Source: Octopus sinensis (Eukaryota). From it: a DNA stretch of 64,000 nt. The notes below the pieces were generated by a model that made no database searches, had not been told where the DNA came from, and worked only from the letters and a program-made list of their open reading frames with translations. Shown here in pieces: positions 13,141 to 25,479 of the stretch; the first letter of the stretch is position 1, and each line of letters opens with the position of its first letter. The stretch spans positions 100,936,001-101,000,000 of the forward strand of contig NC_043003.1 in the NCBI RefSeq assembly GCF_006345805.1. Direction: 5' to 3'. Made by a program: the position numbers and the translations under genes.

Positions 13141-14985
13141 ACAAGTAGATTATTATATAGATTAAAATATCAGCGTCTTTAGAGCAAAACTTTTGAATGC
13201 TGTCCGCTTGCATATATATGCAGACGGACAGCATTCAAGTCTTGCATCTGTCTATCGCCTACGCCCACTACACTTGTTATTTTACTCTTCTTTCCCTCTA
13301 GCGTGACCGACAAGTAACACACACATTGAATTTTATTATATGTACAATATTTAGAGGATATGAACAGAAGAAAGGCTGGGATCCACTGATGTCGTGACAG
13401 TAGCTTTTCTATTCTCAGGCCTGATGGAAAAGGTTTCGGGTTTCCTCCTCAGCACAAAATGAACATTGATCGGTGAAGGTTCTCATTATAACACATGTAT
13501 GATTATCATTCGACCGATTAGGCTCAAATATCCAGACATCGGCTCATACGCGTTTTCTACAAGTGGTCACATAACCTGGTCACGTGATGGTCAAGTTTTT
13601 CTGGCTTTACGCAGGTTATTCAATCCTATCATACACACCAGCTTAGCGCGGGCAAATTATTGTTTATTTGCTGGAAGTCACCGTCAGCTTTAAAAAGAGG
13701 AATCTTTCCTGCTGTAGCAGTAGCATTTTAGCCATTTTGAAATGTGGCGCGAATTGGCAATATGACGTAGTGTCTTTGCCAAAGAATTATCATTTTCGCT
13801 CTTTTCCCATTGGTTGGTGTAACGGCTCGAATAAGGATTCTTCTTGGTCAGGTTGAGCAGTTACAAAAACCCTGGATTTGGGGAGAGACTTTAGTGTTCG
13901 TTGGTAGCTATTCAAATCCACATCACTCACTCTTTTGGAGACAACGGTAAATTTTTATGCCATGTCTACGTTAATCACAAATCTATTTTGATTTGTGGGT
14001 TAACGTATTAGATAGAAAAAGAAATTAGCTAAGGAATTTAAAGTCGTTTTTCTTCACGACTAAGATATCTTTCTTCTTGTAAATAAATATAAAATGTTAT
14101 ATTTATATAAATAAAATAATTAAAAAGAAAATGTTTCTCTTCACGTTTGTTTTTCAACTGAGCATGGATAAATATGCATTTCTGTAATCTTTGTTTTATG
14201 TTTCTTATAGCGGTTTAAAGGACACGATTAAAATATTCGGTAAAATTACAGATTAACACCCGCACGATTTTCACTAAGAAAAAAAAAAAAACTCGGATTT
14301 TTTGCGTGGAATCAAGTACCCTGACCTCCTAATATGCTGCAAATCCCATATTTTGGTCCGGAATTGCTCCGGAAAGGGGGGTGTTACCCCCCCCCCCCCC
14401 GGAATTTTCACAAGGTAAAAAAAAAAAAACCTCAGATTTCTTGCGTGGAATCAAGTAACCTGACCTTCTAATATGCTGCAAATCCCATATTTTGGTCCGG
14501 AATTGCTCCGGAAAGGGGGGGTGCCCCCCTCCCCCGGAATTTTCACAAGGAAAAAAAAAAATAATATATCAATAATTTAGAAAAGAAACATTTCTAGAAA
14601 ATAGTAAATTGAAGTGTGAACAAATTATTGATATATTATTGCGCAAAAGAAGATTTGGCACACTGTCATGCTATTAGCTGTCAGAAGTGAAAGTCGTCAA
14701 CTTCGTGTATTTACGTTTACGTCAGGTTCGCTGTTAGGTTTATAAAACAATTGAAGTTCAGTTTAAAGTTTATAAATAATACATTTCATTCCATGTTTCT
14801 TTTAAACTTTATAAATAAATATATTCTTGCAGTGTGTGTATATGTGGCTATGTCTGACTAATGTGTGTGTCTGTATTTATTGTATGTGTGTATAAGTAGT
14901 TATATGCTTATATTATCCATTATAGTAATATTTGTCTGTTGGAACCTGTTTTAAGGCGGTCAATAGTTTAATTAAAGATGTATCT

Positions 14986-15041
<56 letters not shown>

Positions 15042-15138
15042 CGGGAAGCTTTATGAAAATAGACAAAAGACGAAGGCAGGTGGAAAACAAACGAACAATT
15101 GTATTAGTATGGCACTCAGGAAATATAAATAAAACAAG

Positions 15139-15176
15139 TCTTTAACGTTTCGAGCCTACGCTCTTCAACAGAAAGA
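15139..15176 (-). ncRNA. Minimal hammerhead-like motif with a degenerate core
   Basis: TCTTT-CTGTTGAA-GAGC gtag GCTC-GAAACG-TT-AAAGA. Stems I and II are intact; the core deviates from CUGANGA. Confidence 0.45.
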
Positions 15177-15974
15177 TACACAGAGAGAAAAAAAACACAG
15201 AAAGAAGGAGAGAAAAAAAAAGCGTGCAGTAGCTAACGAATCAACGTGGCGATCTGATTTCGGCCAGAGGTCAAAGATCAAACATGAGACGCGAGAGCGA
15301 AATAAGGGGAGATAATAGGGTTGATAATAGGGTTGAAGGACCAGCTAATAGTGCGTAGGAGGGGTCTGGACGTGTGTATGTATAGGGTTGGTGTATGTAT
15401 TAGTATGTATAAGGGTGTGTGTGTGTATTAGTATGTATAAGGGTGTGTGTGGTGTGTGTGTGTTGTGTGTGTGTGTGTATGAGAGAGTATTAGTGCGTAG
15501 GATTGGTCTGGACGTGCGTATGTATGGGGTTGGTGTATGTATTAGTATGTATTAGTACGTATTAGCATGTATAAGTGTGTGTGTGTGTGTATGAGAGAGT
15601 ATAAGTGCGTATGAGGGGTCTGGACGTGTGTATGTATAGGGTTGGTGTATGTATTAGTATGGCACATCATATATGATGTGATGTGTAAAGTCGTGTGGTG
15701 TAGTGAGGAGAAGAGGGGGAGGGGGAGAGAAGGGGATGGGAAGAAGAGGAGGGGAGGGGGGAGAGAGAGGAGGGGGAGAAGGAAGGGGAGGAGGGGGTAG
15801 GAAGGAGGAAATAGGGAGAGGGGGAGAGAGAAGGGGAGTGAGGGAGCAGAGGGAAGGAGGGAGGGAGAAAGAGGGAAGAAGGGAAGGGAGTAGGGGTGAA
15901 AGGATGAAGAACTGAAGAAGTAGGGGTCGGGGGGAAAGGATAGGTGAGGAGGGGGGGAGAGTTGAGACCAAATG

Positions 15975-16800
15975 GCGTATAAGAGCGAAGAGAAGAGAGA
16001 AGATTAATCCTGTTCACGGCGCAAACGGGAATCCGGATGGCCTCTGTGTAAGGACAAACCGAACACAGATAGTGTTGCAAGGAGTGACCGGTGGAGCGGA
16101 AATGGCGTGAGTGAACGGTGTGTCGTTCGCAAAGGGATGTCACGAAGGGTTCCGCGAACCGGTCAGCCAAGCGGCGTCCCGTTTGTCCGATGTACAAGGA
16201 ATTGCAGAGAGAGCAGAGATGCAATAGATAATATTGCTGGAGGTGCAGGTGAAGGAGTGGATGATGGGATAGGGTCGATGGTGGGTGCTAGTGAGGCGGG
16301 TGGTGTTGGAGAGGTAAGGGCAAGTGCGGCAACGTGGGCGGGAGCAGGGAACGAGCCGGGTTGGGAGGTAGGGTCAGGGAAGGAGCTATGGACCAAAAGG
16401 TCTCGAAGGTTGTGGGCTCGTTTGAAAGAGGGGAGGGGTCGGTTAGGGAAGAGGTGTGAAGTGGACGGGTCGGACTGGAGATGACGGAAAGCTCGAAGAA
16501 TGGTGCGTGGAGACGTAGGGTCGTGGTGGTGGTAAGTGAGGGAAAAGGGAGGCGGGAGACTACAGGGCGGGTTCGGGGAGAGAGAGCAGATACACGGTCC
16601 ACGGACCGTGCTCTGGCAAGGGCGGTGTGGATAGTGGTGAGGGGGTATCCACGTAGGGTGAAGTGGGAGCCATACGTTGAGACTGAGTCTCAAAGTCATG
16701 GTCGTCACTACAGAGCCTACGTAGACGGAGGAATTGGGAATAGGGGATGGAAAGCTTGGTGTGTTCTGGGTGGGAGGAAGAGAAGTTGAGGTATGAGTGT
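15975..16800 (-). mobile_element. Penelope-like element 3' fragment (GIY-YIG)
   Basis: 'LTYHH..RAFRHLQSDPSTSHLFP..PSFKRAHNLRDLLVHS' and 'CSLCNSLYIGQTGRRLADRFAE'. Confidence 0.88.
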
Positions 16801-17419
16801 GAATCTGTGTGTTTGTAGTGAATGGAGGTGGTAAGAGTGGAGTGAAGAATGCTAACCGAAATGTCGAGGAAGGAGACAGAGGTGTTGGAGATAGTGGAAG
16901 TGACATGTGTATATATATATATTTATATACAGGTGTATATATACATGTGTATACATATATATATATAAATATATATATATACAGGTGTATATATACATGT
17001 GTATACATGATTGATTGATTGATTGATTCTAGTTTCAGCTTATGAGCTGTGGCCATGCTGGGGCACCGCCATTTGGTGTTGCTACTTGGTTTCACTTCAT
17101 GAAGGCTTTCTAGCAACTGTCATTTCTAGCAACTGTTCGATGCAGCTGCCCTCATCTGCCCCTCCTGCCGTGAAGTTGGTTCATCTGGGATACCTGACAG
17201 GAAGAGATCCAGCTTCATTTTAAAGATATATAAATATATATATATACACATGTATATATATATGCAGATGTATATATATATAAATATATATATATATACA
17301 CATGTATATATATATATAAATATATATATATATACACACGTATATATATATATAAATATATATATATATACACATGTATATATATATATAAATATATATA
17401 TATACACACGTATATAAAA

Positions 17420-17755
17420 GGTAAAGGGTAAAGACCCCTTTCGGTCATGAATGACCATGGGATTGCACCTAGAAAGTTACCCTCCTAGACACAAGTCCGG
17501 GCAAGGTTGTTTATGGAAGACCAGCAGTCGCCCATGCATACCAGCCTCCCCTCTCCACGCCACCAGTGTTATTCAGGGGAAAGACGAAGGTCGATACAGC
17601 TTGGCACCAGTGACGTCGCAACTCATTTCTACAGCTGAGTGAACTGGAGCAACGTGAAATAAAGTGCTTTGCTCAAGAACACAACACGCAGCCCGGTCCG
17701 GGATTCGAGCTCACAACCTCACGATCGTAAGCTCGACGCTCTAACCACTGAGCCA
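17420..17755 (-). mobile_element. Full-length tRNA-derived SINE
   Basis: A box TGGCTCAGTGG (17745-55), B box GCTCGAATCC (17701-10), central 'tgttgtgttcttgagcaaagcactt' domain and a simple-repeat tail. Confidence 0.85.
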
Positions 17756-17881
17756 AATAAATATATATATATATAAATATATATATATACACACGTATAT
17801 ATATATATATAAATATATATATATATACATACATGTATATATATATATAAACATATATATATACACATGTATATATATATA

Positions 17882-17947
<66 letters not shown>

Positions 17948-18358
17948 AGACACATCTTTAATTAAACTATTGACCGCCTTAAAACGGGTTTCAACAGACA
18001 AATATTACTATAATGGATAATGTAATGGATAAAATTCAGACAAACTGCTACTTACCTCTTGCTGTCAAAAAAATGGATTAATTCTCAGCAAAACATACTG
18101 TTATACTAGACCAGGGTTCCGCAAGAAGTTGCAAAACTGCTAAAATCGGCAGTAATTTTTAATTCTCCTGTGCAGATATGTGTGCATAAGACTATTAAAT
18201 TATTGCACAGGGGTTCCTCGAGCCAGTTGAATGTTTGAATTACGCTGTGTGGTTTCAGTTTCTAATTTTTGCTTCTGATCTCTCTTTTTTTATATATATA
18301 CATATGTATATATATATATTATATATATATGTATACACATGTATATATACACCTGTAT

Positions 18359-18406
<48 letters not shown>

Positions 18407-20481
18407 ATATATACATGTATAGATACATCTTTAATTAAACTATTGACCGCCTTAAAACAGGTTTCAACAGACAAATATTACTATAATGGATAATATAAGC
18501 ATATAACTACTTATACACACATACAATAAATACAGACACACACATTAGTCAGACATATAGCCACATATACACACACTGCAAGAATATATTTATTTATAAA
18601 GTTTAAACAGAACATGGAATGAAATATATTTATTTATAAACTTTAAACTGAACTTCAATTGTTTTATAAACCTAACAGCGAACCTGACGTAAATACACGA
18701 AGTTGACGACTTTCACTTCTGACAGCTAATAGCATGACAGTGTGCCAAATCTTCTTTTGCGCAATAATATATCAATAATTTGTTCACACTTCAATTTACT
18801 ATTTTCTAGAAATGTTTCTTTTCTAAATTATTGATATATTATTTTTTTTCCTTGTGAAAATTCCGGGGGAAGGGGGTTACTCCCCCCTTTCCGGAGCAAT
18901 TCCGGACCAAAATATGGGATTTGCAGCATATTAGGAGGTCAGGTTACTTGATTCCACGCAAAAAATCTGATTTTTTTTCCATGTGAAAATTCCCGGGGGG
19001 GTGTTACCCCCCCCCTTTCCGGAGCAATTCCGGACCAAAATATGGGATTTGCAGCATATTAGGAGGTCAGGGTACTTGATTCCACGCAAAAATTCCGAGT
19101 TTTTTTTTTTTGTTAGTGAAAATCGTGCGGGTGTTAATCTGTAATTTTACCAAATAGGTAAATATTCAACATACATGGTCGTTGAGTTAGCGTTCCATGC
19201 GTATATGTCTATATGACGTTACAACTGCAGTTAGGGTTAAAAATACAATGATAACACTGTAGTATAAGTGATGATAAATCTTTATATTTTCCCTAGCTTC
19301 AAGAGAAAAGCCTAAATAAATAATATAACTAAAGAGAAAGCTTAAGGTAGAGAATAAACAACAATCGCCGCGTAGGAACACTGCTATTCTTCAGTAAGGT
19401 GGGAAGTGCGATTGAGTTCGGATCTCGGTATGGGGTGAGGTGAGTTATTCAGCGGAGAGCATTGACGCGCTTTTGCTTCGTCAAGCACACATCACCAAGT
19501 TCCAACTGCTTGAGAAACCAATATGTATATTTTTTGACAGTATCATTCAATGTGTACTATCTTCCGCTGTACTTTCATTTAGCCGTTTGAATAAAGTGTG
19601 GCAATCAATTACAACTTTTGTACTCTTTTCTTTTCGCTGTTATACCTGACTCATTTGGAACCAACGCTACTTCAACTCCTAAATCATTACGAGAGAAGAA
19701 AAATCCACACGCGCGCGCGCACATACTTCACCCTCGAAAGATCTGAACTCAGAACTTCAGAACATAGTCAAAACTAAGACTGTGGAGCCTCTATGCGACC
19801 GCTTAATCTATTAGAAATTGTAACCAAATATCTGTATTCTAATGTCTTGAAAGTCACATCAGATAATAGTGTCCTACATTGCTTTGAATGGTCACAGCTG
19901 TACGCTGTCAGGACTGACCCGGCGACTAAATACAAACAAAATAGAAAGCTGTAACATTTCTACTATTTCTGCTACTCCACATACCTTTTTCTTTGATAAA
20001 TGAAGTCTTTCACAGTCTTTTACCCAATGTATTTCAACAGGAGCAGGAATGAGCTTAAGTGACTTTCATATATATTTTCTTTTGAGGAATAAGCGAAATT
20101 AGTTGCAGATTCGTGTAACCAAGGGATGGAGATCGTCTGAAAATTAACTCCTCTGTGATATTATATCAAGTTAGTATAACATTAGATCAACTTTCAGTCG
20201 TTCATATTTCGTTCGCGTTCGTCATTGCATCAACCTCTTTCTTTTTTGCTTTAAACGTTAAATCCATGTTGTTGACGCAAGTCAGAATCGAAACCACAAC
20301 CACTGGATTGTAGCTAGAAATATCATTCAATTAGACTTTTGATTAATCAAAGAATAATTGACTAATCCAGATTATTTCTTCTAAGAAATGGTCATATATG
20401 AAGTCATAAACGGGGATATAATCAAAGTACTGAGAACCTGTGAATAAGAAACTGGGTGGATTTTTTTTTATTTTGGCTGTA

Positions 20482-21411
20482 ATGGAGATCAGAATGGAGG
20501 CAAAGAAATACCGCAAATTGTTCGTTGGAGGTCTTAGTCGAGAAACAAATGAAATTTCATTGAAGACTTACTTCGAACAATGGGGTAAAGTGCTTGACTG
20601 TGTTGTTGTAAGAAATCCAGCAACGGGGGTATCAAAAGGTTTCAGTTTTCTTGTATTTAAGGAAGCTTCCACTTTGGACGAAATACAATCCAGTCGGCCT
20701 CACATCATAGATAATCGATGTGTAGAAACAAGGCGAGCCATGCCGTATTATAAGAACCCTGGTGAATTACGGAATATTATGGAAATTTATGCTGGAAGAT
20801 TTAGGAAAGACATTCGTGAAGAAGAGATTTGGAAAGTTTTCTCCAATTACGGCTCTGTACAAAAACTGGAGTGGGTAATAAACCATGCTGGTAAATACAC
20901 CGGCTTTGTCTTTCTCTGCTTTGACGACATCGATTCTGTGGATAAATGTGTTTTACACAGTAAAATTCAAGTAGATGGAAGACAAATTGTTGTAACTCGT
21001 GCAACAAGAAAGAAGTTGTATTCTAAAAATACTACACCTAAAAATCCCACGCTCCTTCCGTCAAGTTTTCTTCGTACTACTTACCAGCCATATCTTCCAA
21101 ATAAACCTGGTTCCTATGTGAATCCTGGAGATGAAAGCAACCCCAATTTTCAATATCAGTCACCACCAGAAGATAATTATAACCCGCAAACAGATAATAT
21201 ACAGAGTAATCCCTCTTATCTACCACTGTTTTATCCACAAAATTTTCATTACTTAACTCCAAAGATTCCATTTGTCGCTACTCCTTATAGTAATCAAAGT
21301 CATGACAGTAATCTCGATTATTTTACTGAGCAGCAGGAATATTCTGCGATTGACCATTACCCTATGAATTGGAACGATACGTTTTTTTGCCGGTTACCCG
21401 GTGGTTATTAA
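20482..21411 (+). CDS. Intronless tandem-RRM RNA-binding protein, hnRNP A/B (A1/Hrb98DE)-like; probable retrogene
   Basis: Uninterrupted ORF from ATG 20482 or 20494. RRM1 has KLFVGGL and SKGFSFLVF plus 'RPHIIDNRCVETRRA'. RRM2 has YTGFVFLCFDDIDSVDK. The tail is N/P/Y/Q-rich. Confidence 0.85.
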   Translation: MEIRMEAKKYRKLFVGGLSRETNEISLKTYFEQWGKVLDCVVVRNPATGVSKGFSFLVFKEASTLDEIQSSRPHIIDNRCVETRRAMPYYKNPGELRNIMEIYAGRFRKDIREEEIWKVFSNYGSVQKLEWVINHAGKYTGFVFLCFDDIDSVDKCVLHSKIQVDGRQIVVTRATRKKLYSKNTTPKNPTLLPSSFLRTTYQPYLPNKPGSYVNPGDESNPNFQYQSPPEDNYNPQTDNIQSNPSYLPLFYPQNFHYLTPKIPFVATPYSNQSHDSNLDYFTEQQEYSAIDHYPMNWNDTFFCRLPGGY

Positions 21412-21470
21412 TAGTTGGGTCGATTTATAGCACGCTTAACATTTAGAGATTTAAAAATGAAAATAATTAC

Positions 21471-21476
21471 AATAAA
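21471..21476 (+). promoter_or_regulatory. Candidate polyadenylation signal (AATAAA) of the hnRNP-like ORF
   Basis: AATAAA about 60 nt after the stop codon. The motif is common in AT-rich DNA. Confidence 0.35.
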
Positions 21477-22709
21477 CCTGGAGATTTCTCTCAGATTTTG
21501 TAATTGATGGAGGATCACTTGACAACTGTTGAAAATTACCATTATTTAACGCTAAAAATCGATAGATTGATTCACCATCTCGATCAATGACTACTAATGT
21601 CAAACGTATCACGTTGTCCTGCTTGGATTTATTAACTTTACACACTTCATCACTTACATTTATAAATATCTTTACCAAATATCCACTTTTCTTCACCTTG
21701 TACTGGTTTCAAATATATTTTGTCATAAAAAGAAAAGCAGGTTGGTTAACCAGGTTTTACAACTTCTGCTACAACCTTAAAGTTTGACATCGGGAGATCC
21801 GATCATTAATTTTTAATTTAATTTTGTTGGCAGCTTTTGTAGATTCAATATTTTATTAATTCTATATAAACAGTTAGCCTTTCTAATGCAATTTAAATTG
21901 ATTGAATCCACAATTTGTATATAAAACTTTATGTAAAGTGGAACGAATTATCCATGGATTTTTCCCCTTTTTAAAAAAAAATTATTGTATAAATATATTT
22001 CAAAACTTTATTCCAAAATTAAATTTTAGATTAAACTGGAGTTTCAATGCTACCTATTTAAATTTTTATAAAAATTTTATACAAATGTTTTGGTAGTTCA
22101 TTAAACTGCTCGGTTATGTAAACTGGTTCCTGCCATGTCGGTTTCCTCTGATTCTTCTCGTAGAAGTGAGGAAGCCCATTTGTTTTATATTTATGTAATT
22201 CAATTTTATTACCAGTTTTATTGACGTAGCTTCAGTTATGTTTAAGTAAAATTATATATAAGCCTTTTCTTATGTTTTTGGGGTTTTTTTTTACTTTGTC
22301 TTCGGCCATCGCTAATCGAGTTTCCCTTCCGGTCACCAATAATTGTTTTAATTTGCAAATTTACTTCGGGCTTTTGAAATTTAAAAAGTCACTATGTAAC
22401 TATATCGATTAAAGCGATGCAATTGTTTAAGAAAATTTTTTTTAAAAGTTTTTACAAGAGATCTTAAATTTGAATTTTATGACTAAGATGTATACTATTT
22501 TGGACAAAGCAAATGAGAATCGGAATCGAAGTAAAATGACATCAACATTAAGTAAGAAATGCTCTTGGAATTGAAGTTCTATAATGATTCAAATAGAGTA
22601 CCTATTCATTGACTGGAAAATTTATCATCAGACATGAATTCCAGTTGGCATTCAAATTTAGAATTAAAGTTGGTTCTGAAGTCTTGTCTTTCTAGCAAAC
22701 GGTTCATGC

Positions 22710-22744
<35 letters not shown>

Positions 22745-22745
<1 letters not shown>

Positions 22746-23030
22746 ATCTTTTACTTCAGTCATTAGACTGCGATCATGCTAGGGCACCATCTTAAATTTT
22801 TAGTCGAATGAAACGACTAGTACTTTTTACTGTTACTTATTCTTATCAGATACTTTTGCCGAACCGCTAAGTTACGGAGACGTAAATACACCATCGGGTG
22901 TCAAGCGGTGGTCACACACTCGCAACCTTCGTTCAGTTTCCGTCTACCAAATCCACTTACAAGGCTTTGGTCGGCTTGAAGTCATAGTGGCAGATACTTG
23001 CCTAAGGTGCCACTCGACGCAATGGAACCA
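22745..23030. mobile_element. SINE fragments in both orientations
   Basis: Matches the SINE body and tail seen at 4.6, 5.1 and 61.8 kb. Confidence 0.6.
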
Positions 23031-23215
23031 TGTCGTTGGGAAGCAAAAACCATGTGTTACCACAAAACCATGTGTTTTTGTTTTTTTAATCAAGGTCTAT
23101 GATTCTGGTGGAAAGAATTTCAGGATCTTTTCTCTTCGAACGGCTGATCGAGAAATTAATTTTTTGTAAGGAAGAGAGCTGTATACTAAATTCTAATGAA
23201 CTTTGAATTATTTAC

Positions 23216-23308
23216 CTGTTAAATCTTGAATCTTGGTAAGCATCTGGTATATTTAATATTTCCCCAGTTGAGGCAACGTATCCTGCAACACCTTTATTGA
23301 TAGAAAAT
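23216..23308 (-). CDS. PDE10A: PDE10A-like exon, GAF-B ([30 protein letters not shown](R))
   Basis: 93-nt exon, catttcag / GTAAAT, phase 2 to 2. Classic GAF 'KGIAG.VA.TGE.LNIPDAY.DPRFN' signature. Confidence 0.95.
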
Positions 23309-25479
23309 CTGAAATGAGCAAAATATTTGTTCAAACTGTATACACTTCCATAATGTCTTTCGAAGTTTAAGTGTAAATATTTATCTAATTGTATAACCTA
23401 TAACAAATCATTTAATTTTAAGATTAAATTTTAAATATTTCTAGTGCTGCAGAGACTAATTGATCTAACAAAAACTTGAACTACTGAGACAAATTTTAGA
23501 CATAAAGGTTCATCAGACCAGTGATATGCCTGGAGTACTTTTTCTCACATTGAAAATAAGTGTACATACTTGATATACTGTTGGCTTCTAACATTTTTAC
23601 TTTTTAATAAGACACCTTTGTGACTAATTTTATGAATCATCAAAGGTCAATGTAGATTTGAACTAAATACAGAAAGCTACTATAATCAATTTCTTTCATT
23701 CCTGCAGCTTTGAAGATAATTTCAATTTCTTACATTGTGAAGTTTGTGAATGGAGGGGCAGATTCAATGAAATAAATATTAAGATCTCTGAAGTGTTGCT
23801 TTGGGGGATGGAGATAGTTGATTGTACTGATTGCCTACGCTTACTCGTACTTATTTTCTCATTCTTGCCTTTTATACTAATGACCTCACAATGTAAAGAG
23901 GAGATATGATACCAGAAGGCATTCTGTCTGTCATTTTATCAATTTTGTCAATTTGTGTTTATAGTGATGTTTTGTGAAGACCATCATAGTTTCATCTTTC
24001 TAATGTCTGAATTTGAATCATTCATTTTTTTGTATTAAAACCAACCCTAATACACTATGATTGGTTTCACTACATCAGTTGGCTCCATCCAAAAGACTAA
24101 CATTTATAAATGCCACAGGATAGAAATGCTGTCCCAGGAACTGAAATTTCATTTGTTTTTAATCTGAGCAATTTATTGCTAATTCACTTTCTCTGTAAAG
24201 GCTTAAATACTTCCTCCAAATCTAAGGAAGAGTTTTCTCTAGTACTCATGATACCATTGAGTGGGTTACTAAGGATTTAGTTTCTTGCCTCAGACTAATA
24301 TGTCTAGCTCCTACTTTCTCCTGTCCCTTAAAAAGAATTGAACTTAACATTGAAAAGCTAATGAAACACAATGAACTATATTCCATTTCAGTACCTATGT
24401 CTTTACCATAGGACACAACACAGAAATAGTAGTAGTGTCAGTATACATTTAACGTCCCTGATTTATGTCTGCGACCACCTGGCCAATCCTGTCAAACTTC
24501 TTGCTGTCTGTCTGATATCTTATCGATTCCTTTCCCATCTGGACTCTATCCTTTTAGTGAAGAAGTATGTAAATTTTATGACAAGAATGGTACTTTATTT
24601 AAGGTTATCTGTGCAGATATTCTATAGCCAGCACTGATTTTTGTTACTATGTTCTGTATATGAAACATCAAATGTCAACAATAAAATCAAAGATGAAAAG
24701 TGGGGAATGGTCATATCTGCCATATTTCAGGGGATTTTGCCCCTTCATCAGAAACCATCTAACCCATTAATCATTCTCAAGCACACTGCTTAAATAGCCA
24801 CTATATATAGTGTATAGTCATTGTTAGTGCAATTTTGCATTATTTGTTATGGTTATCTCCACATAACAAAATACCATGAACCTACAACTCATTAAGAACG
24901 GCATTGTTTTATAGTGGGCTCAGTTTCAGCTGAAGGGACTTCGTGTGTGTCACAAATATATTTCAAAATATACCCAATACAATACACATTGTCATCTTCT
25001 AAAAATCCTGGACTTCATGAGACAATGAACGAAACCTACTTGGCTACTTGATCTGCTATAAATTACAGTCAAATCTCTAAAGGTCCATCCATCTATGTAC
25101 AAGAGGACATGCAGGATAATATAATCCTAGATATTGTGGTCACCACAAAACAAGACCGTATGTCCTAGCTGGAATACATATGATTCAGGTCAGCTCAATG
25201 AAGCTGCTGGGAAGTAAAGATAATCATTGAAAACCAGCAACATCAAGAAAACTTGTATTCAATCACTTGGCTGTCAAATCTTGCTACATTACTGTTTTTA
25301 AAAAGGGGCATTTTGAATAATGTAGGCCATGATACTGTTCTTGCAAAAAAAAAAAATTGTCAATATAGATCTAGAATTAATACCATTACAGACTTCATAA
25401 TTGTATGGGTAAATAAATGGAGTGGGGGCTTCTGTATTTATCAGTAGGTTAGCATAAATTGTTGAAGTACTTTTATGTC

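Larger units (their letters stand above)
14234..19156. mobile_element. Foldback-like structure with ~760-bp inverted arms (14234-14996 / 18409-19156), each containing two ~135-140-bp tandem subunits
   Basis: The arms read as near-exact reverse complements. A third partial arm copy lies at about 17938-18030. Confidence 0.8.

Noticed and set aside
14291-14550. Tandem ~135-140-bp units as a CRISPR-like array
   Set aside because: No unique spacers, a eukaryotic context and only two units per arm.
15654-15971. Pro/Ser-rich and Gly/Arg-rich ORFs
   Set aside because: Low-complexity purine/pyrimidine tract next to the PLE fragment.
17700-17755. tRNA gene
   Set aside because: It is a SINE head that continues into a SINE body, with no complete cloverleaf acceptor stem.
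19380-19445. Non-coding first exon with a GTGAGT donor spliced to the hnRNP-like ORF
   Set aside because: No convincing acceptor before the ATG, and the motif resembles the tail of the 3.3-4.4 kb element.
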